Assembly (NCBI RefSeq): GCF_009914755.1 | Contig: NC_060942.1 | Length of the DNA: 64,000 nt | Direction: 5' to 3' (one strand) | Source of the DNA: the human T2T-CHM13v2.0 reference genome, Homo sapiens | Shown here: positions 19,310 through 33,339 of the stretch, piece after piece | How positions within the stretch are numbered: the stretch's first letter is position 1 | Layout of the letters: each line of letters begins with the position of its first letter | The notes under the pieces: generated by a model | Database searches by the model: none | Seen by the model: the letters and a program-made list of their open reading frames with translations, nothing else | Told to the model about the DNA's origin: nothing | Program-made: the position numbers and the translations under genes

Positions 19310-21711
19310 CAGGCATACCTCATTTTATTGTGTGAATACTTTGCATTATTATGCTTCACAGTTTTTACAAATCGAAGGTTTGTGGCAACACTGTGTCAAG
19401 TAAGTCCATTGGCATCATTTCTCTAATGGCATGTTCTCACTTTATGTCTCTATGTCATATTTTTCTAATTCTTGCAATATTTCAAATTATTTTCATTATT
19501 ATTATGTATTTTATGGTGATCTGTGATTAGTGATCTTTGATGTTATTACTGTAATAGTTTTGGGCAAACTTATGATGGCAAACTTAATAAACGTTGTGCG
19601 TGTTCCAACTACTTTGCCTACTAGCCATTCCCCTGTGTATCTTCCTCTCCCTTGTACCTCCTGAGACACTACAATATTGAAATTAATCCAATTCATAACC
19701 TTACAATGGCCTCGAAGTGTTCAAGTGAAAGGAAGAGTTGCATGGCTCTCACTTTAAGTCAAAAGCTACAAATGATTAAGCTTAGGGAGGAAGAAATGGA
19801 GAAAGCCAAGATAGGCTGAAAGCTAGGCCTCTTGAGCCAAAAGTTAGCCAAGTTGTAATGCAAAGGAAAGGTTCCTGAAGGAAATTAAAAGTGAATACAC
19901 AAATGAAAAGAAAGTGCTACTCCAATGAACACATGAATGATAAGAAAAAGAAACAACTTTATTGCTGATATGGAGAAAGTTTGAGGGGGTAGAAGATCAA
20001 ACCAGCTATAGCTTTTTCATAAGTCAAGGCCTAAGCCAGAGCAAAGTCCTAACTCTCTTCAAGTCTATGAAGGCTGATAGTGGTGAGGAAGCTGCAAAAG
20101 AAAAGTCTGAAGCTGACAAAGGCTGGTTCATGAGGTTTAAAAAAAGAATCCATCTTTATAACATAGAAGTACAAGGTGAGTCAGCAAATATTGATGTAGA
20201 AGCTGCAGTAGATTCTCCAGAAAGCCTAGCTAAGGTAATTGGTGAAGTTGGCTATACTAAACAACAGATTTTCAATGTAGACAAAAATAGCCTTCTATTG
20301 GAAAAATATGTCATCTAGGACTTTTATAACTAGAGAGGAGAAGAAAGTGCCTGGCTTCAAAGCTTCAAAGGATAGACTGACTCCTTTGTTAAAGCTTAAT
20401 GCAGCCAGTTACTTTTACTTCAATTTGAAGCCATTTACCATTCCAAAAATTCCAGGGCTCTTAAGAATTATCTAAATCTACTATGCCTCTTCTCTAGAAA
20501 AAGGAACAACAAAGCCTGAATGGCAGCACATTTGTTTATAGTATGGTTTACTGAATATTTTAAGCCCTACTGTTGAGACCTACTGTTCAGAAAAAAAGAT
20601 TCCTTTCAAAATATATTGCTCACTGACAATGCACCTAGTTACTCAGGAGCTCTGTGGAAATGTACAAGGAAATTATTGTTGTTTTCATGCCTGCTAACAC
20701 AACATCCATTCTGTAGCCCGTGGATCAAGGAGTAATTTCAACTTTCAAGTCCTATTATTTAAGAAATACATTTGATAAGACTATAGCTGCCATAGTTAGT
20801 AATTTCTCTGATGGATCTTGGCAAAGTACATTGAAAACCTCCTGGAAAGGATTTGCCATTCTAGATGTCATTAAGAGCCTAAACGTGAGAGGCATCAAAA
20901 TATCAACATTAATAAGAGTTTGGAAGAAGTTGAATCCAATCCTGAGGGATGAATTTGAGGGGTTCAAGACATCACTGGAAGAAGGAACTCCAGATCTGGT
21001 GGAAATAGCAAGAGAACTAGAACTAAAAGTAGAGCCAGTAGATGTGACTGAATCACTGCACTTTCATAATAAAACTTCAACAGAAGAGAAGTTGCTTCTT
21101 ACAGATGAGCAAAGAAGGTAGTTTCTTGAGATGGAATCTACTCCTGATGAAGATGCTGTGAACATTGTTGAAATGACAATAAACAATTCAGAATATTACA
21201 TAAACTTAGCTGATAAAGCAGCAGGTGGTAGGATTCAAGAGGATTGACTCCAATTTTGAAGGAAGTCCTACTGTGGGTAAAATGCTGTCAAACACAATCA
21301 CATGCTATAGATAAATCTTTCACGAAAGGAAAAGTGAAGCAATGTGGCAAACTTCTTTGCTGCCTTATTTTAAGAAATTGCTACAGCTACCCTAACTTTC
21401 AGCACCGACCGCCCTGATCAGTCAACAACCATCAACATTGAGGCGAGACCCTCCACCAGCAAAAGAATTATGACTCACTGAAGGCTGAGATGATTCTGAG
21501 AATTTTTTAGAATAAAGTATCTTTAAATTAAAGTATTTACGTTGTTTTTTAGACATACTGCTATTGCATACTTAATGGATTACTCTATAGTGTAAACATA
21601 ACTTTTATATTCACTGGGAAACAAAAAAAATCATGTGACTCACTTTATTGCAATATTAGTTTTATTGCAGTGGTCTGGAACCAAACCCACAATATCTCTG
21701 AGGTATGCATG
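19310..21711 (+). mobile_element. Tigger1 (Tc1/mariner, pogo-like) DNA transposon, essentially full length (~2.4 kb)
   Basis: TIRs caggcatacctc / gaggtatgcatg; TA on both sides (19308-19309, 21712-21713). Confidence 0.93.
19706..21330 (+). pseudogene. Disrupted Tigger1 transposase
   Basis: Starts MASKCSSERKS; ORF pieces 19962-20318 (KGWFMRFKKR, QQIFNVD) and 20720-21121 (DQGVISTFKSYYLRNTF); many stops and frameshifts; end approximate. Confidence 0.85.
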
Positions 21712-22479
21712 TAGTCTATTAAACCTACTTCAGAAAAATTAAGTAATAGTATTTCTCCCCATTCTTACAACCCTCCCAAAATGTTAAGAACCTATTTTGG
21801 AGATATATAGGCAAATAAAAGCTGTAGATGAAAAGGACAATAGATTCCATTAAAATAGCACCCAGAGAAATGGTTTACTCACTTAATTGAAATGATGGAC
21901 AAGGGAGAAATTTAGAGTAGAGCATTTCAATGACTCTAAACAAATGAATAAATGGCTTGTAATTCATTTCAGTGTCTGGTCTGGTGGTACCCAAAAGTCT
22001 TTTCAAAAGAATGTCCCATTGTATTGCCCCAGGGATTGCTTCTTTCTGCCCTGCTCTGAATATATATAGGTGTTTAAAATTCATGTCTGATATAAAAGTC
22101 ATCTATACAGTTCATGTTAAATGTCTAGGGCTCTACTTTGGAGCCTCAGAATTCTGACCACCACCACCAAAAGAACATGATCTGACTTTTAAAGAAGTCA
22201 GCTTTGAGTTTACAGGAAGAGTTCTAAAAAATGTTTCAGTGTAAACCATTCATTTGTGACTAAGCTATACTTAAAATGGAAGAGACTCAGACTTGGCTTG
22301 CAAGAACATTTATGAAGCATGTACATTGTGCCAGAAATTGAACAGTGTGTTTCACATTCTTTATTTCATTAAATTCTCAAGAGAACCCTCCCTCTGAGGA
22401 AGGATTCTTGAGGTCATTTACGTGGGTAAAAACAGTGGGACTCAAAGACATTTTGCAATGAGCCCATGAACTGTCATCT

Positions 22480-23830
22480 ATGTACTCCTTTATTCATTCA
22501 GAAAACTTTTGAGGTCCACTGTGTGCCAGGTCTTTAGCATACAATCTTACATAAGTCATAATCCCTTCCTTCAATCAGCTTATAGTCTTGTGTAGCAGAC
22601 AGTGTGGAAACAGGCTGAGTGGGCAAACAGTGTGAAAAATGCCACAGTCGTTATAAATCAGGGTGTGTCATAAGATCACAGGGGAGCAATAGACAGCCTA
22701 GACTTGGGATAGTGGATTCAGGGAAAGCTTTATAAAGGAAGACATAATTAAGCTAGGGGAAAGGTGTCTCAGTAAAGTCTGGGAGAATGTGGAGAAGGAG
22801 GGCTTACAGTATTTTAGGCAGGGGGTAGAGCAGATACAGGAATCTGAAGGTAAAGACAAGGACTGTGAGTGTGAAGATCTGGACAGATTTCAACTGGTGG
22901 GTGCAGAGGGTGCAAAATTATGGAGATGTGAGAAGTAAAGCTGAAAAAGCAAACATGAAGGCTTTATAAGCCAAATTAAGGCATTTAGAGTAAATATTAA
23001 ATCCAAAGGAAAGCCTTTGAGTGTGTTAAGCAAGGATAGACCTAGCCAGGTGTGTGGTTTAGAAGGAGCACTCTCTCACTGCCATTGGAGAATGTGTTAT
23101 AGGCTGTAACAGTGCTAATGTGGACATGAGTTAGGAGGCTACTAGGAAACACTGGCCAGAAAGACAATGGCAGCCTTACCCAGACAGGGGAAATGTTAAT
23201 GGGGAGAATGGATCTGAAAGTTGTTTGTGAAGAAGAATTAATTAGAAATAAATTTTTATTGGAGGACAGAAAGGAGAAGGAGAAAAGCTATGACTTGGCT
23301 GGGAAAGTGATGATGTCATTCACTGAGATAGTGAATTTGAGAGAGAAGGAGGGGTCTGACTCCCAAAGTTCACGTAGAGTTTGAGGTGCCTATGGATGTC
23401 AACTTGGAGAGATTATATAGATAGTTGGATTTATAAGCCTTAAGCCTAGAGCCATGGATTTAAAGTCTGAACATCACGAAAAGGACACATGGAGATTAAT
23501 GAAAAAATAATGAGCACAGGGAAAGGAGTTCATTAAGGAATGATTGGAGAGATACAACAAGAACCCAAAGAATGTGTTGTTTCAGAAAACAGAAAGGAAT
23601 AAAGAACTTTAAAAAGAAGGAAATAGTTTACAATCTCATGTATGGTCCAGTGAGATAAGGGCTGAAAAGTGCCCATTAGCTTTTGCAAGCAGGAGGTCAC
23701 TGGTAACTTTATCTAGGTCACTTTCATGGAGGTAATGGTAGAAACCAGAGTGCTCTGGGTTTAGGAATATTTGGGAGATGAAGTTGAAGTAGAGAGAGAG
23801 AGAGCTAGCTCACTCTTGAGAAGTCTAATA
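22480..23830 (+). mobile_element. Degenerate L2 fragments
   Basis: Purine-rich L2-like sequence (attcattca...tgtgccagg, ggaggtcactggtaacttt); strand and boundaries approximate. Confidence 0.55.
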
Positions 23831-24769
23831 GAGGAAAAGGGAAAAACTGAATGGTAGCTACAGGAGGGATGCAGTTTCAAGGGAGGGTTTTGTAAAATGT
23901 AGCTGTTTCTTGGTGTGTATGCGCATGTGTGTGCATATGTGCAAGCATAGTATTTTCTTTCTTCTTCTGTGTTTGCATGTGCTTTTGCTCTGCAGGGCTA
24001 CTTTGAAACCATATCTTCTGATTTCTATTCCAAGATCTTGTAGTTATACCACAACTACAGAAACTGTGCTATAAAACTGTTATAAAATAATTCTATAAAG
24101 CTGTTCCCAGGGCCAAATAAGCCATTGCCCTAAACCTAAGCAAAGTGGTTATTATTTACCCTACCAAAGTTATAAACAGTGAATACTTGCAATAAACCAC
24201 AAGGAGCACATATTCTTGCTGAGTTAAAGTAATGGGCAGGACTAGCAGGAAGCAGAATTTTCACTAAATAAAATTCCGGGAGCAGTTCTTTTGGAGAGAG
24301 AGACTTAAAGAGGCAACAACATAGGTGACCTTGGGCCTTGGATTTCTTCCCATCAATTCTGAATCTTTCAAGCAAATTCTAAGGAAGAAAGCAGCTTGTC
24401 TCAGTGGTTAATAATCTTTGCACTGCAGTGAGAACATTTTCGTAATATGCTTTGGGGAAAAGGTGTCATTCTTTTTTCTCTACCACAAGGCCTTTAGGGT
24501 AATGACTTAGGATGCTTGCAGAACACGTTGTTGTTTATTACCACTTCTACCTTAAAAAGGGCAGGGAAATGGAAAAGATTATGAAATTTAAACCTGCCAC
24601 TTTCATTAATAGTTTTAAGTACTGGGGGGAAAAATCTACAGAAGAGAAAGGTATAAATGATTACACTAAGGAATAATTCCATTCCCTCGTTATTTGCATC
24701 TATGATACTACAGAAAACTGACAGTTGGGGGTGGTGAAGCAGAAAGTCTGTCTCATTAGAATGAGACAT

Positions 24770-26912
24770 CTAAATGAACAATCTGAAAATGAAATTAAGA
24801 AAACAATTTCATGTACAATATCATCAAAAATAAGAACTTAGGAGTAAATTTGACAAAAGAAGGGAAAGACTAATACACTGAAAATTACAAAATACCAGTG
24901 AAAAAAATTAGAAGCCGGGTGCAGTGGCTTGCACCTGCAATCCCAGCTACTTGGAAGGCTGAGGTGTGAGGATAGCTAGAAGTTCAAGACTAGTCTGAGC
25001 AACATAGTGAGACCTTGTCTCTAAAAAGGTAATTTAAAAAATTAGCCCACTGTGGTGGTGCAAATGTTTAGTCCCAGCTACTCAGGAGGCTGAAGTTGAA
25101 GGATCACTTGAGCCTGGGAGTTCGAGGCTGCAGTGAACTATGATCACGCCATTGCACTCCAGCCTGGGTGACAGAGCAAGACTCCATCCCTCTAAAAATG
25201 AACAAATAAACAAACAAACAAAATTAAAGAAGACCTAAATAAATGGAAGGACATCCCATGTTCATTGACTGGAAGACTTGTTGTTAAGATGGCAATACTT
25301 CCCAAATTAATCTAGCGATTGGTTGCAATCACTTTCAAAATTTCAGCTGCCTTTAAAAAAATTTGATCAGCTTGTCCTAAAATTCATATGGAAATGTAAG
25401 GGACCCTAAATAGCCAAAACAACCTTGAGAAGGAAGAACAAAGCTAAAGAACTCATACTTTCCTATTTCAAAAATTACTATACACTTACACCAATAAAGA
25501 TAGTATGATACTGTCACAATGATATAAATCATGGATCAGAATAGAAAATTCAGAAATAGGCTCTTACATTAATGGTCAATAGATTTTCAATAAACGTGCC
25601 AAGTCAATTCAATGGGGGATAGTATATAGTCTTTTCAACAACTGGTCCTGGGACAACTAGATATCCATATACAAAAGAATAAATTTGGAGCCCTACCTCA
25701 CATCACATATGAAAACTAAAATAGTTCAAAAGCCTAGATATAAGAGCTAAAACTATAAAATTCTTAGAAAAAAACATGGGCATAGTTCTTTGTAACCTTG
25801 GATTAGGCAAGGGTTTCTTAGACATGACACCAAAAGTATAAGTCACAAAAAATATATAATTACATTGGATTTCATCAAAATTTAAAACTATCATATTTTA
25901 AAAGACATCAATTAGAAAGTAAAAAGACAATCCACAGAATAGCAGAATATATTTGCAAATCATCTATCTGAAAAAGGACTAGTATGCAGAATACATAAAG
26001 AACTTTAACAATTCAGCACAAAAAACAACAAATAAGCCAAGTAAATTATGATATTTGAATAGACATTTCTTCAAAGAAGATATATAAATGCCCAATTAAG
26101 CCCATGAAAAAATGCTCAACATCATTAGCCATTAAGGAAATACAAATCAAAACCACAATTCACACTCACTACATGGCTATAATAAAAAAGACAGACAATG
26201 CTGAGTGTTGGCTAGGATGTGGAGAAATTGTAGCCCTAATACATTGCTGGTGGGAATGTAAAATGATGCAGCTGCTTTGGAAAACATTTTGACAGCTCTT
26301 CAAAATTTTAAACTGTATGTTTCTCATGTATGTTTATCAATGCAGCAATTCCACTCCTAGGTATAAACCCAAGAGAAATGAAAACATGTCTATACAAAAA
26401 CTTCCATATGAACACTTATAGTGGCATGATTCATATCAGTCAAAAAAGGAAACAATTCAGATGTCCACCACTTAAGTAGGGGATAAACAAAATGCAGTAT
26501 GTCCATAGAAGGGAATATTATTCAGCCATAAACAGGAATGAAGTACGGATACATCCTACAACATAGATGAACCTTGAAAACATTATATTAAGTGACAGAG
26601 GCCAATGACAAAAGACCACATACTATATGATTCCATTCACATGTAAGTCCAGAACAGAAAAATCTATAAAACAGAAAGTACCTTAGTGGTTGCCTAGAGT
26701 GGAGGGGTGGGATGGAGGGGGTGGGGACCAGAGGAGGTAACAGATAATGGGATAATAGCTACATAGTGTGGGCTTTCTTTTGTAGGTGATGGAAAATATT
26801 CTAAAATTGACTATGGTGATGTGTCTGTGAACACACTAAAAGCCATTAAATTGTACACTTTAAACTAATAAATTAAATGGTATGAAATTATATCTTAATA
26901 AACCTGTTTAAA
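24770..26912 (+). mobile_element. L1MB-like LINE: degenerate ORF2 3' part and 3' end, interrupted by an AluJ
   Basis: Residual ORF2 peptides (MKKCSTSLAIKEIQIKTT, HCWWECK); L1M 3'UTR ending aataaacctgtttaaaaaa. Confidence 0.85.
24913..25220 (+). mobile_element. AluJ inserted in L1M
   Basis: gatcacttgagcctgggagttcgaggctgcagtga J-type right arm; (AAAC)n tail. Confidence 0.9.
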
Positions 26913-27000
26913 AAATAGCAGATAGAGAGAAGACAGATAGATAGACTAATGAAGTATTGATAAATGTTACAACAGGATGAGTATTAAAAATGTCATGCTA

Positions 27001-27349
<349 letters not shown>

Positions 27350-29529
27350 TCATTTATATAGAACATCTAGAATTGGCAAATCTGTAGACAGAAAGTAGAC
27401 TGGTGTTGCCAGGGTCTTGGGAGAGAGTGGAATAAGAATGACTACAAATGGACATAGGGTTTATTTTGCGGGTAATGAAGATGTTCTGGAACAAGGAAGT
27501 GGAGATGATTACACACCTCTGTGAACATACTAAAAAACACTGAAGTGGACACTTTTTTAAAAAGGTGAATTTTATGTTATGTGAATTATATCTCAATTTA
27601 AAAAAAAGACAAAAAAGAGACATCAATAAATGGTTATGTAAGAGAGATACATGGTTATACATGAGAGACCTTGACTATCAGTTCTGACAGTACAGAGATT
27701 GCTCAATTCTGTCAAATCCCATTCCTCAGGGAGGTCAGAACAGACTATTTGATTTTTTTCCTCTTTAAATATTAAGATGAAGGATACATTTTCTACATAT
27801 ATATGTATAGATTTTTACTAAATGCTGCAAAGTGTCTTAAAATAAAAATGAACATTAAAAATTATTTTCTGGAATATACCTCAGGAACATAGGCCTCAGC
27901 TGGGCACCTGCCACAGGGAAAGCCCAGGCCCAGGCGTGCTGAGTATCAGTGGAACCTGCGAGGCCAGGCTGTGGAGCCCGAGAGAGAGAAAATAGTGCTG
28001 GTGTGGCCCCTGCTGTAGCTGCTTTGCTAGTCAGTTCAATTACCCATCCTCGAGTTTCCTAAACAGCAAAAGAGACCTAGCCTAGTATGGGTGTCTCCCA
28101 TTCATTCTAACTCTGTCATTCAGTCTCCAAGTTTACTAAAGAAACTCTGAGTTTAGGTATAGAGTGAGTAATGATGAGGCTGGCTGGTGGAGCATCATCT
28201 TCAAAAAATAAAACCAACAAATACAAACAGAACAACAAATCCCACTATAAGAACTAGAGACTGGACCTAATTTTAATCCCCCTTGATTAAAACCTATCTT
28301 TTCTTATTCCTTCAAAGGCCTGGGAACATTCCTGAATGAATGAGCAGAGCCACCTCCAGAGTGAGACTTCTCAGGACAGTTGCCCCCAGTCAGGTGTGAG
28401 GACTCAATGCTCAGTGCCCAAGGGCCCAAGCCTAGGTGGAACCATGGAAGATGCAGTATTTCAGGAAGGCTACACCAGAGATATGGAGAGAATAAGAAAA
28501 TGAACTCCCCAGCGGAAACCATCCTGAGGCTTATGTAATGTACATGCATTCACACAATCAGCCAGTGGCCCTGCCCACATGTTGCAGCCACAGGCTGGCT
28601 CCTGCCCGCTTTTCTACTTTTCCTCTCATGGCCATTCCTTTCTTGGCGATTGAACCAAAGAGAGGGATGGGGATAGGGAGGAAAGATACACGATGGGTTT
28701 GCCACAATCTCCACTCCTCCTGGAATGTGTGAGGCAATGAAAACTCCCTGGAAAGAGATGGGCTACGAAGCCAGGCTGCTCACACTGGGACCCTGGCTCC
28801 GTCCCTTCTGGTTGTGTGACTTGGGGTCAATGTTTAAACCCTGTAATTTTCAGATTCCCCATCTGTAAAGTGGTATGTAAATTCCTACTTCAAGGAATTG
28901 TTGTGAGAATTAAATAACATATGCTTATTAAATGGTAGTTTTTTTAAACAATGATAAAATAAAATCTGTACTTGTAACCCCTCTATATTAATCCTGATAT
29001 TTCCCCAATAGTTTTTAAATGTAGCTACACGAGTCCATCCAACTAAGTTATTTATACCAACATGACTTAATGAATAGTTATGATGGTCTGCATTAAAAAC
29101 CTAGGCATCAGACAGAACCTCTTTCTCATTTTTGACCCAAGCACATGCCAGTTGTGTGAGGTAAGGAGGGTGCTTTAATCTTTCCAAATATCAGTTTTCT
29201 TATATATAGAATGGGAATTTTAATAAGATAGCATATTTAAAGTACTTAGAAGACTACCTGGGCAGCAACTAGTATAAATAAATGATAGTAGTAGCTCCTT
29301 TACTCCTCCTCTTTATATATGCTAACTTGCTTGTATTCATGTTTTTTAGATAATTCAAATCAATTTAATCATTCCAAGCAGCTCAACAACCAACAATCTG
29401 ATGGATAACTGATTTATCTATGGTAAATTGCCCGGATAGTGAAAGTGGTTGAAATGTACAACTGGACGTTGCTACAGTCTGATGAGTCTTCTAAATAGAG
29501 AAAATGTTTTAGAATTTTAAAAGTAATAC

Positions 29530-29930
29530 ATTAAGAGAAATAAACCATATCACATGTTCTCTCTTACATGTAGGAGATTAAAAAAAAAGTTGATCTCATG
29601 GAAGTAGCAAGTAGAATGGTGGCTACTGAGGCTGGGAAGGGTGGGAGGTGGGCATGAAAAGAGGTTGGTTAATGGGTACAAACATAGTTAGAGAGATTAA
29701 ATAAGTTCGTGTTCGATAGCACAGTAGGATGACTACAGTTATCAACAATTTATTGTACATTTCAAAATAGCTAGAAAAGATTTGTAATGTTCTCAACAAA
29801 AAGGAATAATAAATGTTTGAGGTGATGGATATTCTGGTTGCCCAGATTTGATCATTTATACATTGTATGCCGGTATCAGAATATCACACGGACCCCATAA
29901 ATATGTATAATTATTATGTATCAATTTAAA
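29530..29930 (+). mobile_element. L1MA 3' end
   Basis: catgttctctcttacatgtaggag...gaggttggttaatgggtacaaac...ccccataaatatgtataattattatgtatcaatt. Confidence 0.85.
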
Positions 29931-29934
29931 CATC

Positions 29935-30507
29935 GGGATCGAATCTTATACAATTACGGACACTGATAAGGGAGTTCTGTTTGTCTGTTTCTTAGGAGGG
30001 ATGCTGAACCTGAAGTCACAAGACAGCTGGTCAGGATCCGAAGATGGGCAGGAAGTCGGGGAGAGCAGGGAAAACTGAAACTCATAAGGACCCCACGGGA
30101 GTGTGCATCTGTCTGTCCCTGAAAGCCACATTGGCCCCTTTCCATCCCATCTCTAAGCCTCCACCCTTGTGGCCGAGGCTGCTCTGAAGAGAGGCTGGTG
30201 TTCTTGCTGCAGAGCCCCGCTCACTCCTGGACCAGGCTTTGTAAAGCTGAAGGAAGCAATTCCAGGGACCGGAGCTTTGGACCCAGTCAGTATAGTGAGC
30301 GAGCAGATCTGTGAAAATATGTGTGAGCCGCAACAGAGTCCAGCCTCCACGGCCCTTTCAAGGATAAACACGGCTCCGCTCCACTTCCACCTTCCAGATC
30401 TTGCACAAGTTGTTCCTATGCCCATCCTAACCAGGAACATGCAGGGAACGGAATTCTGGGAAATGTAGTTCAGCTTAGCCGAGTCAACACATTACAAAGC
30501 CACCGCA
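29935..30507 (-). mobile_element. MLT2E/F-like ERVL LTR
   Basis: Minus strand begins TGCGGTGGCTTTGTAATGTGTTGACTCGGCTAAGCTGAACTACATTTCCCAGAATTCC, matching the recalled MLT2E/F 5' end. Confidence 0.7.
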
Positions 30508-30589
30508 TGGGAAAATAAAAGTTTATTGCTATAAGCCACTTACAAAAAAATTTATATGCTACAGAAAATGGTCTCTGGAATTTACCAAG

Positions 30590-30640
30590 TCTCTCTCTCT
30601 CTCTCTGTCTCTTTCTCTCTCTTTCTCTCTCTCTCTCTCT
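30590..30640. repeat. (CT)n microsatellite, imperfect
   Basis: Directly visible. Confidence 0.95.
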
Positions 30641-31914
30641 CCTGGCTCCAACTTAGCACTTCCTTCAGAAGTACTCAGTTTTGCCTTTCATTTTTTTCAT
30701 GTAAATGCAGAAATAAATTTCTCCAGTTTACTGAAAAGTATCTCCCAGAGGGACCAAGGCAGGCAGGAAATTAAACTATGGTGCTGGAATCATTTTACCA
30801 TACCAGCTTTACCCCACGAATGTAAATTTAGGGAATTCCACTTGTCAAAGTCCTCTTTGAAGCTTTGAATAATTGGATCCCAATTATTCTTAACCACGTT
30901 ATACAGGCCTGTGCTCCTCTTAATATCTAAATAGATCTCATTTTTTGCCACCTACTAAAATTCTCCAAAGTGAATATTGCCACATTATGCTCTCCAGTTA
31001 AGAGTGAAATTTCTGACTAAAAATGTTTTTTACTCATATCCAGAGATGGCTGCAAATTTCTCCATGATAACTAAAGCTGTGAGAATTGGCATCACATTTG
31101 AATTGGTATTAACTCGTAGTAAAAATATGCTCAGCAAGAAGAAATCATTGTACTTTCTACCAATCATTTTAATACCTGAGACATCTTCTTTCTTACTAAT
31201 AGCTATTCATAATGGTTATAAAGTCAAAACAGATAGCACAGAATATAAAGGAAAATCATAGTATCTGGAAAGCATCCCTTTGAACAGGCTGGATACAATA
31301 TCAATTACACGTTCTTACTACACTTTCAAAAGAAGGAGTTAATGTTTAAAACCATGCCATGCACATTCTCTTGTTATATAATTTTCTTTTGGTTTTCTGT
31401 TTCTTACAGAGCACTGTTATCAAACAGCTACACTATATTTTTGTGAACTCTGAATATCAATTCTTCCTTTCAACTTTGCAAGAGAAAGTGAAAGAGTTGT
31501 ATGAAAACCTTCTTTAAATTGATAAGAAAATAGGCATGTCTCCATACAGTATTGAGAATCAAGAAGGCATTAGAATTATCTTTAGCAAATGTACATATCA
31601 TCACTAAAAGTATTTGTTAAGCACTTAGGCACCATGCTAGATGCTTTCTGTCTTCCACAAGTTTATAATCTAAATCTACCATTACTGTCTTAGATGAATG
31701 CATACAGAATGGGGGAAGGGAAATTCAAATTGTTGAGTTTCTATGATGAGCCACACACAGAGTTTGCTATTCACTTTTTATACCTGATCTCATTTAATTT
31801 TCACAGAAACTAATGGTTAAAGAGGATCAGTAATCTACTCAAGTTTCTGCAACAAGCATGTGAGAGAATTCTTACTCATACTCTGGTATCACAGGCCTGT
31901 TTGTTCCATTACAT

Positions 31915-32128
31915 CAGTGGTTCTCAGCTGTGGCAGTTTTGCTCCCCCCTCCCAAGGAGACATTGGTCAATAACTGGAGATATTTTTTATAATCCCCACT
32001 GCTGGAGTGCCACTGGCATCAAGAAAGTGGAGGCCAGGATATCTCTAATTATCCAACAATGTGATCACCCTGCCACACACAGGATTATCTTGTCCAACAC
32101 ACCAAAAGTGTTCAGTTGAGAACCCCTG
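31915..32128. mobile_element. MER20 hAT DNA transposon
   Basis: cagtggttctca...tttgctccc...gacatt...actggcatc...gaggccagga...gttgagaaccc. Confidence 0.75.
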
Positions 32129-33339
32129 CATCACACCACTCACAGATGAAGATGTTGATAAACCGTAATAAAACGTCATACCAGACATGAGTGCACAGAT
32201 GGGTTTACATTTTGTGATTACTTGAGACAAAATTACCACATGGATTTATTGATTGTAATTCAGGATCACAATCAGTTGTGAAAGGCAGTGGCTGAGAAGT
32301 ATGTTGGATGATAGAAACAAATCACTTTGGTATGAAGTTTTGTTTTTTCATTTCTTACCCTGGGATAGTTTGTCAAGTGATCAATCTACTTGTGGTAAGA
32401 AGTAATTATTTTTTAGAGCCTCTTTAACTTTTACCTTCCCCCCAGCCCTGATTTTAAATTCTAGAATTTTCAGAATGGACAGGGCAAGTAGGCAATATTG
32501 AGTCAATGAATTCAAAGTTCAGAGTTTTTACATCCATAAGGTATTTTAAGTACCATAACAAGTTGATCTCAGTAATAGTTTTATACATCGTATACTATAG
32601 TCATATATGGTCTGCTATTTATATGTAAGCAAAGAGGCAAATATAGGTAAAAATAATTCCTAATCCACTTGGTGGCCATCGGACCCAGGTAAGGTTCTCC
32701 ACGAATTTGTTTAATGCTCTCTCATTCCTCTTTACCTCTCTGGATATAACAGCAGCTTCATTCTCCCTCCTTCCCCTCTTTCCTTCCTTATCTTCTTTCC
32801 TTTCTTCCTGTATTTCTTCTCTGCTTCCTTCCTTCATTCTTTCATACAAAGTTGACAAGGAGAAAAGTAGCAGGAATGAGATTTATGCAAGATTGGTTAG
32901 AAACTATTTCAAACGTCAACTCCAGTCCACACATGAGCTCTGTAAGTCTGTTATTCCAGGTCTGTGTAGATGGGCCATTTGCTGTGATTGGTTTTCATGA
33001 TCACCGCTTCATGCAGGGTCACTTGTTTTGCAGGAGTCACTTAGATGGCAGATTGACATTTCACATCTTGGAAGAACTACTAAACAGGTGAATGATGGGT
33101 GATTACTGAGGAGAAAGCCTATGTGACCCTCCAGGATGCTGCAATGGCACCACTTGAAGCAAATCTTCCTTCTAATTAACCTCTCAGCTTCCTCCCCTTC
33201 CCATAGGCAGGATATTGGGCATGACCATGGGACTGCAACAGTGCTAAAGTTTTTGTATTCACACAGCACACATAGGCAGAAAAAAAAATAGCAAAAGGAA
33301 AAAAAACACATTGGATTTACATTTCTGAACAAGATGAGT

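Noticed and set aside
19962-21121. Possible domesticated TIGD/CENP-B-like gene
   Set aside because: Multiple stops and frameshifts, with TIRs retained; it is a neutral Tigger1 fossil.
33128-33145. 18-nt exact match cctccaggatgctgcaat shared with the start of the Alu-captured insert (46603-46620)
   Set aside because: The flanks do not align, so I cannot separate it from chance. It is worth revisiting only if the insert proves to be a mosaic of local templates.
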